Assembly: GCA_010909165.1 (NCBI GenBank) | Contig: MU008150.1 | Location: 248,001-312,000 of the forward strand | Source of the DNA: Anthoceros angustus | Taxonomy: Eukaryota; Plantae; Anthocerotophyta | Length of the DNA: 64,000 bases | Reading direction: 5' to 3' | Shown here: positions 50,151 to 61,867 of the stretch, piece after piece | Layout of the letters: each line of letters starts with the position of its first letter | Numbering within the stretch: the stretch's first letter is position 1 | Translations under genes and position numbers: made by a program | The notes under the pieces: model-generated | Database searches by the model: none | What the model saw: the letters and a program-made list of their open reading frames with translations, nothing else | Told to the model about the DNA's origin: nothing

Positions 50151-51822
50151 TCAGACCATGGTTTTTGGGCTTACTATCTCCTTCTTCGAATGCTTGAATG
50201 CGTTCGTCAGCTCTTGCTCCACAAGGTCTCTTGCCCCTTCAACTAAACTCCTTACAACAGAGGCCGCTGACTCGATGCTCTTTATACGCCCAACACCAGT
50301 TCCAGCGTACATACACATGCTCTTGATGTCACCCTTTGCCATCACGTTGGGAACCTTCCCCGAAAAGCGTGGAACAGACTCATCCTGGTTGAGAAGTGTG
50401 AGCCGTCAGTAAACAGTGTCGGGATCGGGATGCCTGCCCAGGTGGTACACATGACATACATCCAGCGTGCATGTTGCATGACCACTTTCGGCAATGATGG
50501 GAGATGATGGCCAACGGACTAGCACATAAGGACTTGCGGCTTTGTTACCTTCTCATATATTGTGGTTGAGCCTACAAAGGGCTGATTCAGCTCAGTCGTG
50601 TCATCAGTGACCTTGTCCTTCCATTCTTCGAAGAAGGCTGTTCGCAAAACTCTCTGAGGAGCTCCAGGCCATCGTGCTCGGCCATAAATATTCGTATATT
50701 CTGTGCTTGAATCAGAAGCGTCAACGAGCGCTCTTTTGTATACAGGATGCGCATAAGCCTCGAACGTAGCCACAAACCTGTCCCGTGCAGTGCAAAACAA
50801 GGTCATTTCCCACTTTCAGTAGTCTCAGCATACACATCGGCATCAACAGCATGGGTTAGATACAAGGCTCACCGGGTTCCAAGACACACACCCTTGGCAC
50901 CAAGAGCCACAGCAGCAACATATCCCCGTGCGTCCACGATGCCCCCAGCAGCCACCACCGGAATGCCAAACGATTTCACAGCTTCAACAACACTTGGGAG
51001 GAGCTCAAACATGGGAACCTGGCACGCATCAAACAGTCCTTGTCACCGCCTTGTACATCACCCCAGACAAGACTCGCTATGAAGCTACCTTCCCGCAGAC
51101 ATGTCCTCCAGCTTCAATGCTTTGCGCAATGATGGCATCGACACCTGCTTCAGCCGCTTTTAAAGCCTCTTCCACTGAGCCAACCTGCATAAGAGAACAC
51201 AACAAAATGCTCACTCCAAGTATCTCTTCTCTGCAGATAAACTTCGGGCATCACTAGTGTATTTACAAAAACGTCCTCTTCACAATTACGATCATCGACA
51301 TATACCTGATGTACTACTTTCACACCTGCCCGATGAGCTTTCTCGACAAGTGGCTTTGGAAATTCACCCCAGGAGATGTGCAACACGGCAACCTCCTCGT
51401 GCAATGCAGCCTTCAGATTCCGCTCGTGAGGAAAGGCCAGAATGATGCCGATTCCGAAAGGCTTATCTGTCTGCCTCCTGGTTTTGCGAATAAGGTCCTG
51501 AACCAACTCTGGATTGTCCTAAATCCCGTTAAACCACGAGAAAGACTGGACGTCAGAAAAATCTGAACAGAGCTCCCAATTCTAACACCTGCTAGCTAGA
51601 CTTCCATCTCTCCCATCCAGATTTCCCTCCGATGCGCTGGAATGCTAGTTTCCAGCTGAAATCCCAGTTCCTCAAACCAGAAAATCTGGAATTCAAATAG
51701 ACCTGATCTGGAGCTCGCAAAAAGCCGATACCACCGGCGCTGGAGACGGCAGCTACCAGCGTTGGCCCGCTGATATCAGGCCCCATAGGAGCCGACATGA
51801 TTGGATACTGCGCTCCAAACAT
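50151..51822 (-). CDS. Nitronate monooxygenase / 2-nitropropane dioxygenase-family FMN enzyme
   Basis: YPIMSAPMGPDISGPTLVAAVSSAGGIG, TDKPFGIGIILAF, AQSIEAGGH (catalytic His), IPVVAAGGIVDARGYVAAVALGAKGVCLGTR|FVAT.EA.AHPVYK, GRARWPGAPQRVL and MYAGTGVG. ATG 51822. Confidence 0.92.
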
Positions 51823-52223
51823 TTCCGCCTCAAGCGCACTGCTCGGAGAGGGAAATGGGCACGTTCCTCGGCAAATCGTCTTCTTCCAACCTGACCCTTC
51901 TGGGCGCCTGCTCCACACGACGTCAGCTCCTCAACCGAATACTGTAGTGTAGGCCGTAGGCAGGCAGTGACACTTGGCGCCTTCAAGTTCGCTGTGTGAA
52001 ACGGGCGCGCTGGTTCTCGCTCCGGGTTTAGGGCTTTATACGGATCGTTGAGAGCTTGATGAGAGAGCATCTGCCTCTCGCTGAACTTCGAAGAAAATTG
52101 GAAGGCTTGCCATTCTGGTTCATTGTACTTTGAGTTGCGGCGGGACACGTATATATATATTTGAGCTAGTGAAGCAGAAGGACCTTGGGTTGGTAATTTT
52201 ATCCACGACGTGTTTTTGTGATC

Positions 52224-55200
52224 ATGCTCGCCGCCTTGTCCTGGATTCCCAGGGGGGCTGCCAAGAGCCTCCCAGTGAACGCGGAGCCCAACCCTGAGGA
52301 ACTGCAGGCTATTCTGCAGGCCGAAGGGCAGGAGGAATTTGATGCTAGGTGCAATTCTGATAGCAAGAAAGCCTTGGATTTTGGTAGTTTCGGCGGTTCG
52401 GGGATGTGACTCTGTGGAGTTTGCCTGGATGCAGTGCTGAAAGAGACGAGGAAGAGAATGTTGAGGATGCAGATGAAGAGGAACGTGCTGAGAGTAGTAA
52501 ACGTAATGACAGTGTAAGAAGGGCTGTAGAAGCTGCTAGGGCTCTGGGAACCAGTAATGGCAGGAATGGATTGGATGAACTCGCGGACGGGCTTGCTGAG
52601 CTGGATATGGATCATTACGATGAAGAAGATGGAGGTGGGCAGGCTTTTTTCTTGCGGCAACAGGGCTTGTTTGTGAACCTTGTGAACTGCAGCGCTCCTT
52701 TTGAGCTCATGGATTTTATTGCTTGTTAAGTGGAGTAACCCGGGGCCTGGGTGTTGGGAATGATGCAGCAATTGACCTGTTCGGCAATGGAGGGCTTGGA
52801 TCGAGTTTTTATCCAAGCAACAAAGATGACCCCTATTTGCTCGACAAAGATGTATTTCCCTCATTTTCTTACCAGCTGAACGGTGCTTCTTGTTTTGTGG
52901 CTTCTTTCACCGGTTTACAGCTGGTTGTTGTATTTCTGGATCGTAGGATGATGACGACGATGAGATAGAAGACCTGACATTGAAGCCAACAGATCTCCTT
53001 ATTCTTACTGCACGGAATGAAGATGATGTCAGTTTGATAGAGGTATTGCTGAGTACCTACACTGTGCAATGAAGCATTGCTTTTTGGGCATACTTGTCGC
53101 AAGGGTTTTTAATTGCGCTTAGGATATGGGCAGGTTTGGGTGTATGAGCCAGGAACAGATAATGATCCAGAGACCAACTTGTATGTCCATCATGACATCA
53201 TGTTGCCCGCTTTCCCCCTCTCTCTTGCATGGATGGACTGTAATGTCGCCAGTGGTGAGAAAGGTAGGTCGGGTTGGGCATCTGGAATAATCTTTTATCG
53301 CCTAGTTTACAGCTACTAATTGTCTTATTGGCAAATGTGATTGGGTTGCAGGGAACTTTGTCGCTGTTGGAACAATGCAGCCTCAGATTGAAATTTGGGA
53401 TCTAGATGTGGTACAATCCCTAATCTTGTGGCTGGTTGTGTCTTTCTAGTAAGATAAGCTGGGATGTAATTAGGTTCTAGTAGCTACCAGCGGCTCGGCA
53501 CTTGGAGCTCTTGTCCCTCATATCTAGACATGTTCTCCTCCCGCATTTTGACTGATATTTTGTTACTTTATACAGCTTGACGAGGTAGAACCCGCGGCTG
53601 TGTTGGGTGGTCAAGTTGACGCCAAGTCAAAAAAGAAGAAAACGAAGAAAAAGGTAATGCTTTTCATTGTTCAGCTCCTAGAATTCTACCTGAGGGCTGC
53701 TATCTCTCAATGAGGAGTGTTTGTTGTCACAGGAGATGAAGCTAAAGGAAGGCAGCCATACAGAGGCAGTTCTCGGACTGTCATGGAATCTGGAGTATCG
53801 GTAGGTCCCCTGACTAACTTCGGGGTACAGCTCTGGGGATTGCAGTCAGTCATAACCATAGTAATTCTTGTTCCTGTTTTTTGGTTCCAACAATCATAGC
53901 TGTTTTATTGCACTCTTTACTGAAAAAGTGGCTTTCTTCAGAAATGTTCTAGCAAGTGCGAGTGCTGATACCTCCATAAAGATTTGGGACATAGTTGGCC
54001 AGAAGTGTGAACACACACTGCAAATTCATACTGACAAGGTGTGCATTATTATCAGTTTCCACATGCCGATTACAAACGAAGTGGTTTTGCTAGCTGCTTT
54101 ATTCGGTGAATGTTAGGTCACACCTTTGCTCTGTGGCTTACACTGCTGTGTCCTTATACAGGTTCAGGCTGTTGCCTGGCATCAGAAAGAGTCAACGGTT
54201 ATTCTCAGTGGTTCCTTTGATCGCACAGTGGCTGTGGTATGTTCAGGGGCGGCCAGAAGTAAACTCTTCAAAGTGTTCTCGAGCAAGAGTTCTGTTAGCT
54301 TATTTCGCTGAGTTGTGTTTTGCCACCTGACAATGTAGTGACTTTTGCAAATTCTGCCCCAACAGGCAGATATGAGGGCCCCTTCTCGTGGAGCTCTGAG
54401 GTGGATTGTCTCTGCTGATGTGGAGAGCGTCGCTTGGGATCCCCACACCCCGAATCAATTTCTGGTAATCAATCTCTGGCAGAAGCAAAGAATTCAGGAA
54501 GATGTAAGGTCACCTGATCTTAACCTTGCTTATTGTCTTTCTGGTGCAGGTCAGCCTAGAAGACGGCCTGGTCCGTTGTCATGATATTCGTGTCGGGAGT
54601 GTGTCATCCCAGGAACCTAGAACCGATTCTATCTATACTATCCATGCACATGATAAAGCTGTGTGCAGCATCTCGTACAATACTGCAGCCCCCAGTGTAA
54701 GCTCTGAGCCTAGACCTTCCAAGATACTTGACTCGTTCAAACTTCTCGGGTATTTCCAACATTTTGATGTCTTCTTTAGGTCTGAAAATGAATTTTCTCT
54801 GATTGCAGCTACTTGCTACTGCGTCTTCTGACAAAACGGTGAGAGCTGTGCCTCGTCTTTCCCTTCTGTGTATCTTTGCTGTTTCGTGCCCTATACAGTA
54901 GTGACAAGGCAGTGTCCTCGGTTATGCAAGGGAAGTGGTGGTTGTTTGGAGAATCTGGTCGTTTGACTTAGGCCCTTTGCGCAGGTTAAGCTGTGGGATA
55001 CTACCGGGAACCAACCATCTTGCATCGTTACCACAAACCCAAAAGTGGTAGGTCCGAGTCCTCCTGATTAGGCTGTATTAATTGGGTGTCTTTTCTTAGC
55101 AATAACACTCTAAATCTGCTCACCATGTTTTGTCCAGGGAGCGATTTTTGCATCGGCTTTTTGCAAGGATTCTCCATTTCTGCTAGCACTTGGAGGCTCC

Positions 55201-55369
55201 AAGGGTACTTTGCAGGTAAGCTACAGTGAGGACGTGCTTCTGTGGACATGGTAGAGTCCGCTGAATCCTGTTGTTTAAATCCTGTTTGCAGATCTGGGAT
55301 ACGTTGGAAAATTCAGAAGTTTCAAAAAGGTTTGGCAAATATGCTCATTCGCAGCAAAGACATACTTGA
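52224..55369 (+). CDS. PWP1: Periodic tryptophan protein 1 (WD40; ribosome biogenesis / chromatin), many exons
   Basis: N-terminal MLAALSWIPRGAAK, acidic region, LYVHHDIMLPAFPLSLAWMD, GNFVAVGTMQPQIEIWDL, NVLASASADTSIKIWD, VILSGSFDRTV, DVESVAWDPH and HAHDKAVCSISYN; TGA at 55367-55369. Confidence 0.93.
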
Positions 55370-56389
55370 GTTACCACATAAGACGGTGTTCACATCCTTT
55401 GGAAACTGTAACTGGATGACAACTGTAAGCTGGTTGTCAATTGGGGTCTCCTTATGTCGCGATCTGGAGCCAGGTCGGTGGCCTCTCCACTAAATATAGT
55501 GCGATTGAAGGGATATCCGATCCATGTCCTGCTATGATGGTAGGCACTTCCGCAGGCACTTCAAGGGCGAATGAGCGCACACAGCTGAGCCGCCGATGGG
55601 ACAGTGTGCAGCCATCGGAACTGTTTGCCAGTGTGGGTGCCACGCAAATAGCAACCCAGATGGTGGCCACGGTGCACCTGTTTTGCCAGTTCGTGAATGT
55701 ACCATGACAGTTGGGTGGCAGTGTCATGTCAAGGTCACTCCTGTTTAGCCGTTCACGAGCTTTACGGTCTAACACAAGCTGATGACATTAATCATATCTC
55801 CAGTCACGGGTGTGTTTACGATCGCTTTTCAAATACGCGGAACGCTCTGAAACGGCAGGACAACCATTGACTCTCGCACTGATATGCTACTTCATTTCAA
55901 AATTTTAGAGACACAAAGTTCACCAACAATTTTTGTTTGAATGAATGGCAACGACAATACAGATCAGGAAGGCAAAGCCACCCATGTTACAGCGAAGAGG
56001 TATGCCTAGCGCACAGAACGATAACCCAATAGAAATGAAATAGGACAAGATTCGTAGAACGATGAAAATCAGCTCAAGAAGAGCTAACAACTAGCCTGCT
56101 ACCAATGCTATAAGTCGATGAGAAAACATCCCAGGACACCCTCGCCATGAGCGTTATTGCAAAGCGTGAAGAAGATCCTTCCACAACAGGAAATGCGTGG
56201 CATGCGCCTCCTGCGTCACAGACCAAGAAGAACAAGGTGCCAAACGCCGTCAGGCCGGCACGCCTAGAGACCGATTTTGGTGTTCGCGGCCCAGGCGACA
56301 GCAAGATGGAAAAGCGGAACCGCTTAAGCTTTGGAAACACTTGGATATGCACCTCATATTTGTATAGTACATGATACGTTGGTCCATGA

Positions 56390-57203
56390 CTACGCCTCCT
56401 GCTTCACAGCTTCAGCAGCAGCCTGCACCTTCTCTACTGCCGCAGCCTGAGTCGCTTCCAGATTCGCCTTAGCATCTTCCAGTCCTCTCGAAAGCTGATC
56501 TTGCAAAGAACCCGTATTGGCTGTGCTCGTTCCCTCTGTCTTGGAACTGCAGATAGAGCTGCACCATGTAACAACCGACAGCGGGAACTTGACGGATTCT
56601 TCGTCGCTGGCCCCCTGGATAACGGCATCAACAGTTAGCTCGCTCTGTTGGACAAAGGACAGGGATCCGCAAATGCAGATCGGAGCAAATCTGCGGTCAA
56701 CTTCCTCCAGATGACGCGTCTGTGTGCCACTAGACCGGAAATATATATTGCACCGCCATCCACTCCACGGCTCCGAGACGGAGCAATGCGGAGTCAAGCG
56801 CGATGAAAGAAAGAAAGCATAAAACGGCAGCAGAGTGTACACCTCCGCTGATTTTTCCCTGATTTTTACTGACCGTGCTCGCGCCTCCAGAAGTGGACGG
56901 GATAGCGATCGCCTTGGAAAGAGTGTCCCGCAAGCCGGTGGAGGTCGTAGAGGATGTAGAGGTTGCAGAGGAGCTGGCCGACGACTGCGCGCTCTCCGCG
57001 TACTTCTGCACCTTGTTCACAACCTTGGAAACGTAGTCCTTGGCAGAATCCGCGGTTTTGGACGCGGAATCCTTGATCTGATCCGCGTACTTCTGCACTC
57101 TGGACTTGGCCTCCTGCGCGTTCGCACTTGCGTCCGCGGCGGACGCCAGCAGCTGCTCCTTTGCAGCCTGCAGATCCCCAGCCGGCGCGGTCTCGGACGC
57201 CAT
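56390..57203 (-). CDS. Small two-exon LEA-like (Ala/Lys/Gln-rich amphipathic) protein with an internal Cys-containing segment; function unknown
   Basis: ATG 57203. Exon 1 ends at 56874 (ACG|gtcagt) and exon 2 starts at 56719 (acacag|ACG), phase 0, giving ~220 aa. Repeated VQKYADQ/VQKYAES and AKD/AKA periodicity resembles group 3 LEA proteins. Confidence 0.6.
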
Positions 57204-58914
57204 GACCGTGTCGCGGGCTGCGCTTGCCTAGGCCTGGATCTGCCTTCGCTCCGGCTCGGAGCAGAGCTGGAGAGGCAGAGGCAGAAGGAGAGCAGGGAGT
57301 CTGGGAGTCTGGGAGTCGGGCCTCCGGTGGCGTAGAGGCCTGGTTAAGCTGTGCAAGGGGAGCGTGCGCGGCTCCACTCACATCACTTGCGGCCGTGGCC
57401 AGCCGTGCGACTCCTTGTCTCTCTCACAACACTCCCTTTATGGCGTCCCGTGCCCGGAGGAGCAGCCGCAGCAGGCGCGCCACCCGCCACCGGCTGCCGC
57501 CGGTCGCGGTAACGGAACAAAAGGGCGGCAGCCTGGCCTGCCCGTGTCTCGCCGTTACAATATGACCTGGGAATGCTCGCCTGGAAAAACACGGCATTGC
57601 CAGCTGGACGTTGGTGTCCAGGAGAGAGGGATTCCCCTTCTCATGGTCCGCGCTCCGAGTAGTAGGCAGTTGGCAGCTTCTCGGTTCCGAACTTCCTCCT
57701 TGTCGGCAGCCACGGGATGGGAAAGCCGTTGCTTCCCATACAAACGGCTTTCACCTGTCTTTCCCCGTCTTTCCCCGTCGACACCGCGTTTCCTAACCCG
57801 AATCTCCTCGCCAACACGTCCATTGGCAGGCCCAGCTTTCAGGATCAGGTACACGATCAGACTACATAGGTAGGTACCTACACGCTGCTGGTCTTCAGCA
57901 AGCACTTTACATGTGGTAGTAGGTACATGTGAAAAGAGGGACTGCTTTTATATTCCTTCATTATTATTATTATTCATAAATACCACTGATTCATATTAAA
58001 AATAATGGGTTAGGCAGACAAGAAGCTGAACCGCGAAGCTCCTTCAAATGTGGACTTGGATTTTGAGGACTTGCAGTGTCCTACACTCCTTATGGATGAG
58101 GTTTCATCATTTCTTATAGCTGTAATGAGCATTTTATCATCTGCTACGGTTTCGCCAGTGTTTCATCAGCTCAAGTAATTATAGTCTGCATTTCATCAGC
58201 TTTTGTGATTATACGTAGTCAGCTATTTCTTCATCCTCTAGCAAGCATTTCATCAACTTCTATAATTACAGCCAGCATTTCATCATCAGCTGGGGAATCA
58301 GCCAACATTTCATTTCTTGTGTAACTCATTCAAATGAATCTAAATAAATACAATAGAGTGAGCCATTAAACCCCAAAATAATAGACCAAAAAACTAAGAA
58401 CGGAAATCCGCTGGCAGCCTACTCATCGGGATTTAGAAGCCCGGACGCCGGAAGAGCGAGAACTGAAACCATTAGAGACTCGGTTTTACAGACTTGCTAG
58501 TTCCTCGGTATTTGGGCTCCGGAGTTTTGAATCGAGCCGGTCTGTCGAGAAATAAGTGTTTTCATTCGAAACTCGCTGCAACCATGAATTGAAGTTGGAC
58601 GGGGTGAAATGGACGAGGCTATCTAGAAACAACCAATGCCGGTAAACTTTGATTCACACTGCGCTTGTGTTCAATAGTACATATAACTTCCTCGCTTGTC
58701 CTCGAAAAGTGTTCGACTCCTATCTCGAAGCCATGGACTGTCCACGACCAAGAATGATATCCCGCGGAGCAAGGAAGAGACTGCATACATCCTCACTGCC
58801 ACCCCCCAATACTGAATAGGGCCAAAACTTTGTGTGCCCTGCAAAATCAACTCAGAGCTCGACAGGCACTTGCTGCAGCACTTCATGACCGGGCTGACCG
58901 GTCTCCATTCCCTT

Positions 58915-60851
58915 TCAGTCCTCGTCACCGAAGTCTACGTCATCGTCATCGTCTTCCAGCTGATCGGCAAGGTCAAGGTCATCATCCTGCTTGAATGCCT
59001 CCGAAAGAGCTTGCTCCCCAGCCTGCTCCTCTTCTAGAAGCGAGCTGCGCATATGCTGTTCCGCTCGCACCTCCCAGGCAGGCCTAAATCGCCTCTCGTT
59101 TTCTATGTCTTTCTGGATAGCTTTGCGAATAGGGTTCAAAATAAAGAAAACTGCAAGCACCAAGGCTGACACATTAGCTCCAGCTGACACAAAACTTTCA
59201 GCTCAAGAGCAGGAGGAACGATCTACTGCTGCTGCACGAAAATTACCTGGGCAGCAAGAATTAGAGGGATCCAAATCTTTCCCTTTTATTTGCGTTGGGG
59301 CCCTCTATCAGCTTCTTGTTTATAAGCAAAGATGGTGTATCGTTCGACACAATGTCCACGATTTGCTCCACAAGCCGAGGAAGCCAGACCGTATCATCTG
59401 GCAGAACCTGTATCATTTGTTGCAGCGTTGGAATTGACCACTTTGAACCCTCGCCCACATCACAGTACAAGATACAAGCAAAATACAAGGAAAAGTCTTA
59501 CCTTCTCTCCTCTGCATTCGTTGAACATCGATTACTGTTCTCCACCAGAACTGTAGGTACCTGACAACAGATCAGAAAACCTTAGCAGCACATCACACTC
59601 TGCAACACAAACACAGACCTGACAGACCGATGGTCAAGCACAAGTTTGCAAGCTCAAAAATCTCACCTCAGGCTCATGCTTCTTGAACCCTGCCTCTTGC
59701 CTGATGGCTGCCTCCAAAGCAGAAGACCTCTTTGCCACATATTCTTTGTAACTCACTCCATCTGGCGGGAAAATTGCGCATGGGTGAGAACTATCGTCCC
59801 CAATCGCCAAATCTGAGGCCGAACGCGGGCAATGGCCCTTATTACTTGTCTATCCAGACTATCGACCCGGTATCCATCAAGCCGATCAACAAAAGCAGCA
59901 CATCGATGGTCTTATCCACTAGAAACCTGCAAGCCCAAGGGCATGTTGCATGTTAACAGCGTCGAAAAAACTAGAAAGCAAACTAATGTCATACCCAAAC
60001 ACAGGAGGAACTACGCAAAAAAATCTAGGAGTGAAGGAATTTTCAGTAGAGAGCCAAACGACTGGCAAAAAGTTGGCCCCTCGGTACGAATACCAGTGCT
60101 GCTTCTCTCAAAAACTGTCCTCAAGACCCTTGTGTGAAGGTTACCAAATGCCCACACCCATGCAGACTACATTCCCTACTACCATTCCAATAAGTATGCA
60201 TGGCTAGGCTACACCCAAAAGTCCCTCACACATGGACCTGTCACAAGTGGTGAAGAAAGTCGTACTTTCTAATGACATCCATGGCTTGATCATTCACGCA
60301 ACCACCTTCAACCAAACCGGGGGTATCAATGATGTTCAAAGTGAATCCTGTTTTCGACCGAGAACACAAAATCGGCCTCAGGGTCTCTGCCTGAAATATC
60401 ACAGCACATATATGCAGACGTGGTCACGTGTCAGAAACTTTCACAAATCCTTGCCCATTCCATTTACCAAACGGAATCGCAGGCACTAGGGCCTCACCTG
60501 AAACGCACTTGCCACAGTAACTCTCTCCCCGACCATGGAATTAACAGTCGAGCTCTTGCCAACTCCGCCCTTTCCCAGTACGAGGACGGTGAGAGTATCC
60601 ACATTCTGCAAACATCCCACTCTGCCGTGCTCAAATTCACAAACTGCGCAAAACAACTCGCCGCCGTGACAATGCAGGTTACATGAATCCTCCTGTGGAC
60701 ACATGAGCACATGCAGTACAGATTTCCGAGCATTCATCCGCTCTCCACCGACCTCTTGCCGGAGCTTGCCGAGCAGACCATGCAGCGCCGTCTGCGTGGC
60801 TACGGGGAACTGCTGCAGCCCGGTCCACTCCTTCACCGCCTGCCCCGCCAT
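58915..60851 (-). CDS. TOC34: Chloroplast outer-envelope import receptor GTPase TOC34/TOC33, interrupted by about five small indels (assembly error or young pseudogene)
   Basis: MAGQAVKEWTGLQQFPVATQ, LTVLVLGKGGVGKSSTVNS, RPILCSRSKTGFTLNIIDTPGLVEGG, KTIDVLL/FVDRLDGYRVDSLDRQV, LTHAQFS/PPDG, LVENSNRC, VLPDDTVWLPRL, KKLIEGPN/GKIWIPLILAAQ|FFFIL. The frame changes fall at short runs. Confidence 0.93.
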
Positions 60852-61356
60852 CGCGAGGGAGCCCGATCTCATGCAGCTGCTCTTCACAAGCCCGATATCA
60901 TGCACCTGCTCTTCACAAGCGGGATCTCTTGCAGCTGCTCTTCTTCCATTTTGTTCGCTTTGTTTGTAACCATGAATCTGTCAAAGTATGGCGAACTGTT
61001 TTTGTCTCGATACGTTTGAGGCCTGTGTTTAAGGGTTTTACCGCCGCAAACTTCACTAAACAGTCGTTTGACGATACCGGCCACAGGGGTCGTTATCGTC
61101 ACACGGTGAACCGTTACCGTCACTTGTCACAAAACATTTTTTCTGGGATGAATGTTACGTGTTTCTTTTAGGGTTAGGGTTGGAGTTGTTTGATGCGCAT
61201 AAAGGAATGGAGGCGCACTACACCCTCACCAAGTCCTTAGACTGTAGCATACGATCATGACGGTTTGCAGGCTTGCTCGCAAGCTGTAGTCATGTTCATA
61301 GTTTGCCGAGAGAGCTAGCCACCATCTTCACTTCTGCGCAGCAGTAAGAGAGCTCG

Positions 61357-61470
61357 TAAGCTCTTGTATTCCTTAGTTCCATTGTCATACTTATAAGCTC
61401 TTGTAAGCTTTTGTATTCCTTAGTTCCATTGTCATACTTGTAAGCTCTTGTAAGCTTTTATATTTCTCAT
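61357..61470. repeat. Imperfect ~47-bp tandem repeat
   Basis: The unit taagct(c/t)ttgtattccttagttccattgtcatactt recurs, followed by a partial third copy. Confidence 0.75.
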
Positions 61471-61687
61471 TCCTTAGTTATGCCATCAATGAGAAAGTTC
61501 TTTTCTTAGTTTTACAGTCAGCTACGGAATACCGATTTGGTCACGCACCATCCACATATTTTTTTAGGGTTGTGGAGAGAAAGAAATAGTCCTGCCGCAT
61601 ACGGCGGAACTATTTTGTTATGTCACACATGACCACATCAGTCTTGGCTGCGGCCCTCGGTGTACCGATCTCGTCAAGCTGATGATG

Positions 61688-61867
61688 CACACAAACTTTT
61701 GACGATGATACACACAAACTTTGCACACAAACTTTTGACGATGATACACACAAACTTTGCACACAAACTTTTGATGTTGATACACACAAACTTTGCACAC
61801 AAACTTTTGACGATGATATACACAAACTTTGCACACAAACTTTTGACGATGGTACAAACAAACTTTC
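61688..61867. repeat. 36-bp minisatellite, ~5 copies (gcacacaaacttttgacgatgatacacacaaacttt)
   Basis: Directly visible; it produces the periodic 12-aa pseudo-ORFs in the ORF track. Confidence 0.92.

Noticed and set aside
57364-57905. 169-aa (+) and 116-aa (-) ORFs upstream of the LEA-like gene
   Set aside because: GC-rich promoter-like sequence with no domain or coding-like signature I can support.
58915-60851. Calling TOC34 a bona fide pseudogene
   Set aside because: All lesions are deletions in short runs, with intact splice sites and no nonsense substitutions; sequencing error is more parsimonious.
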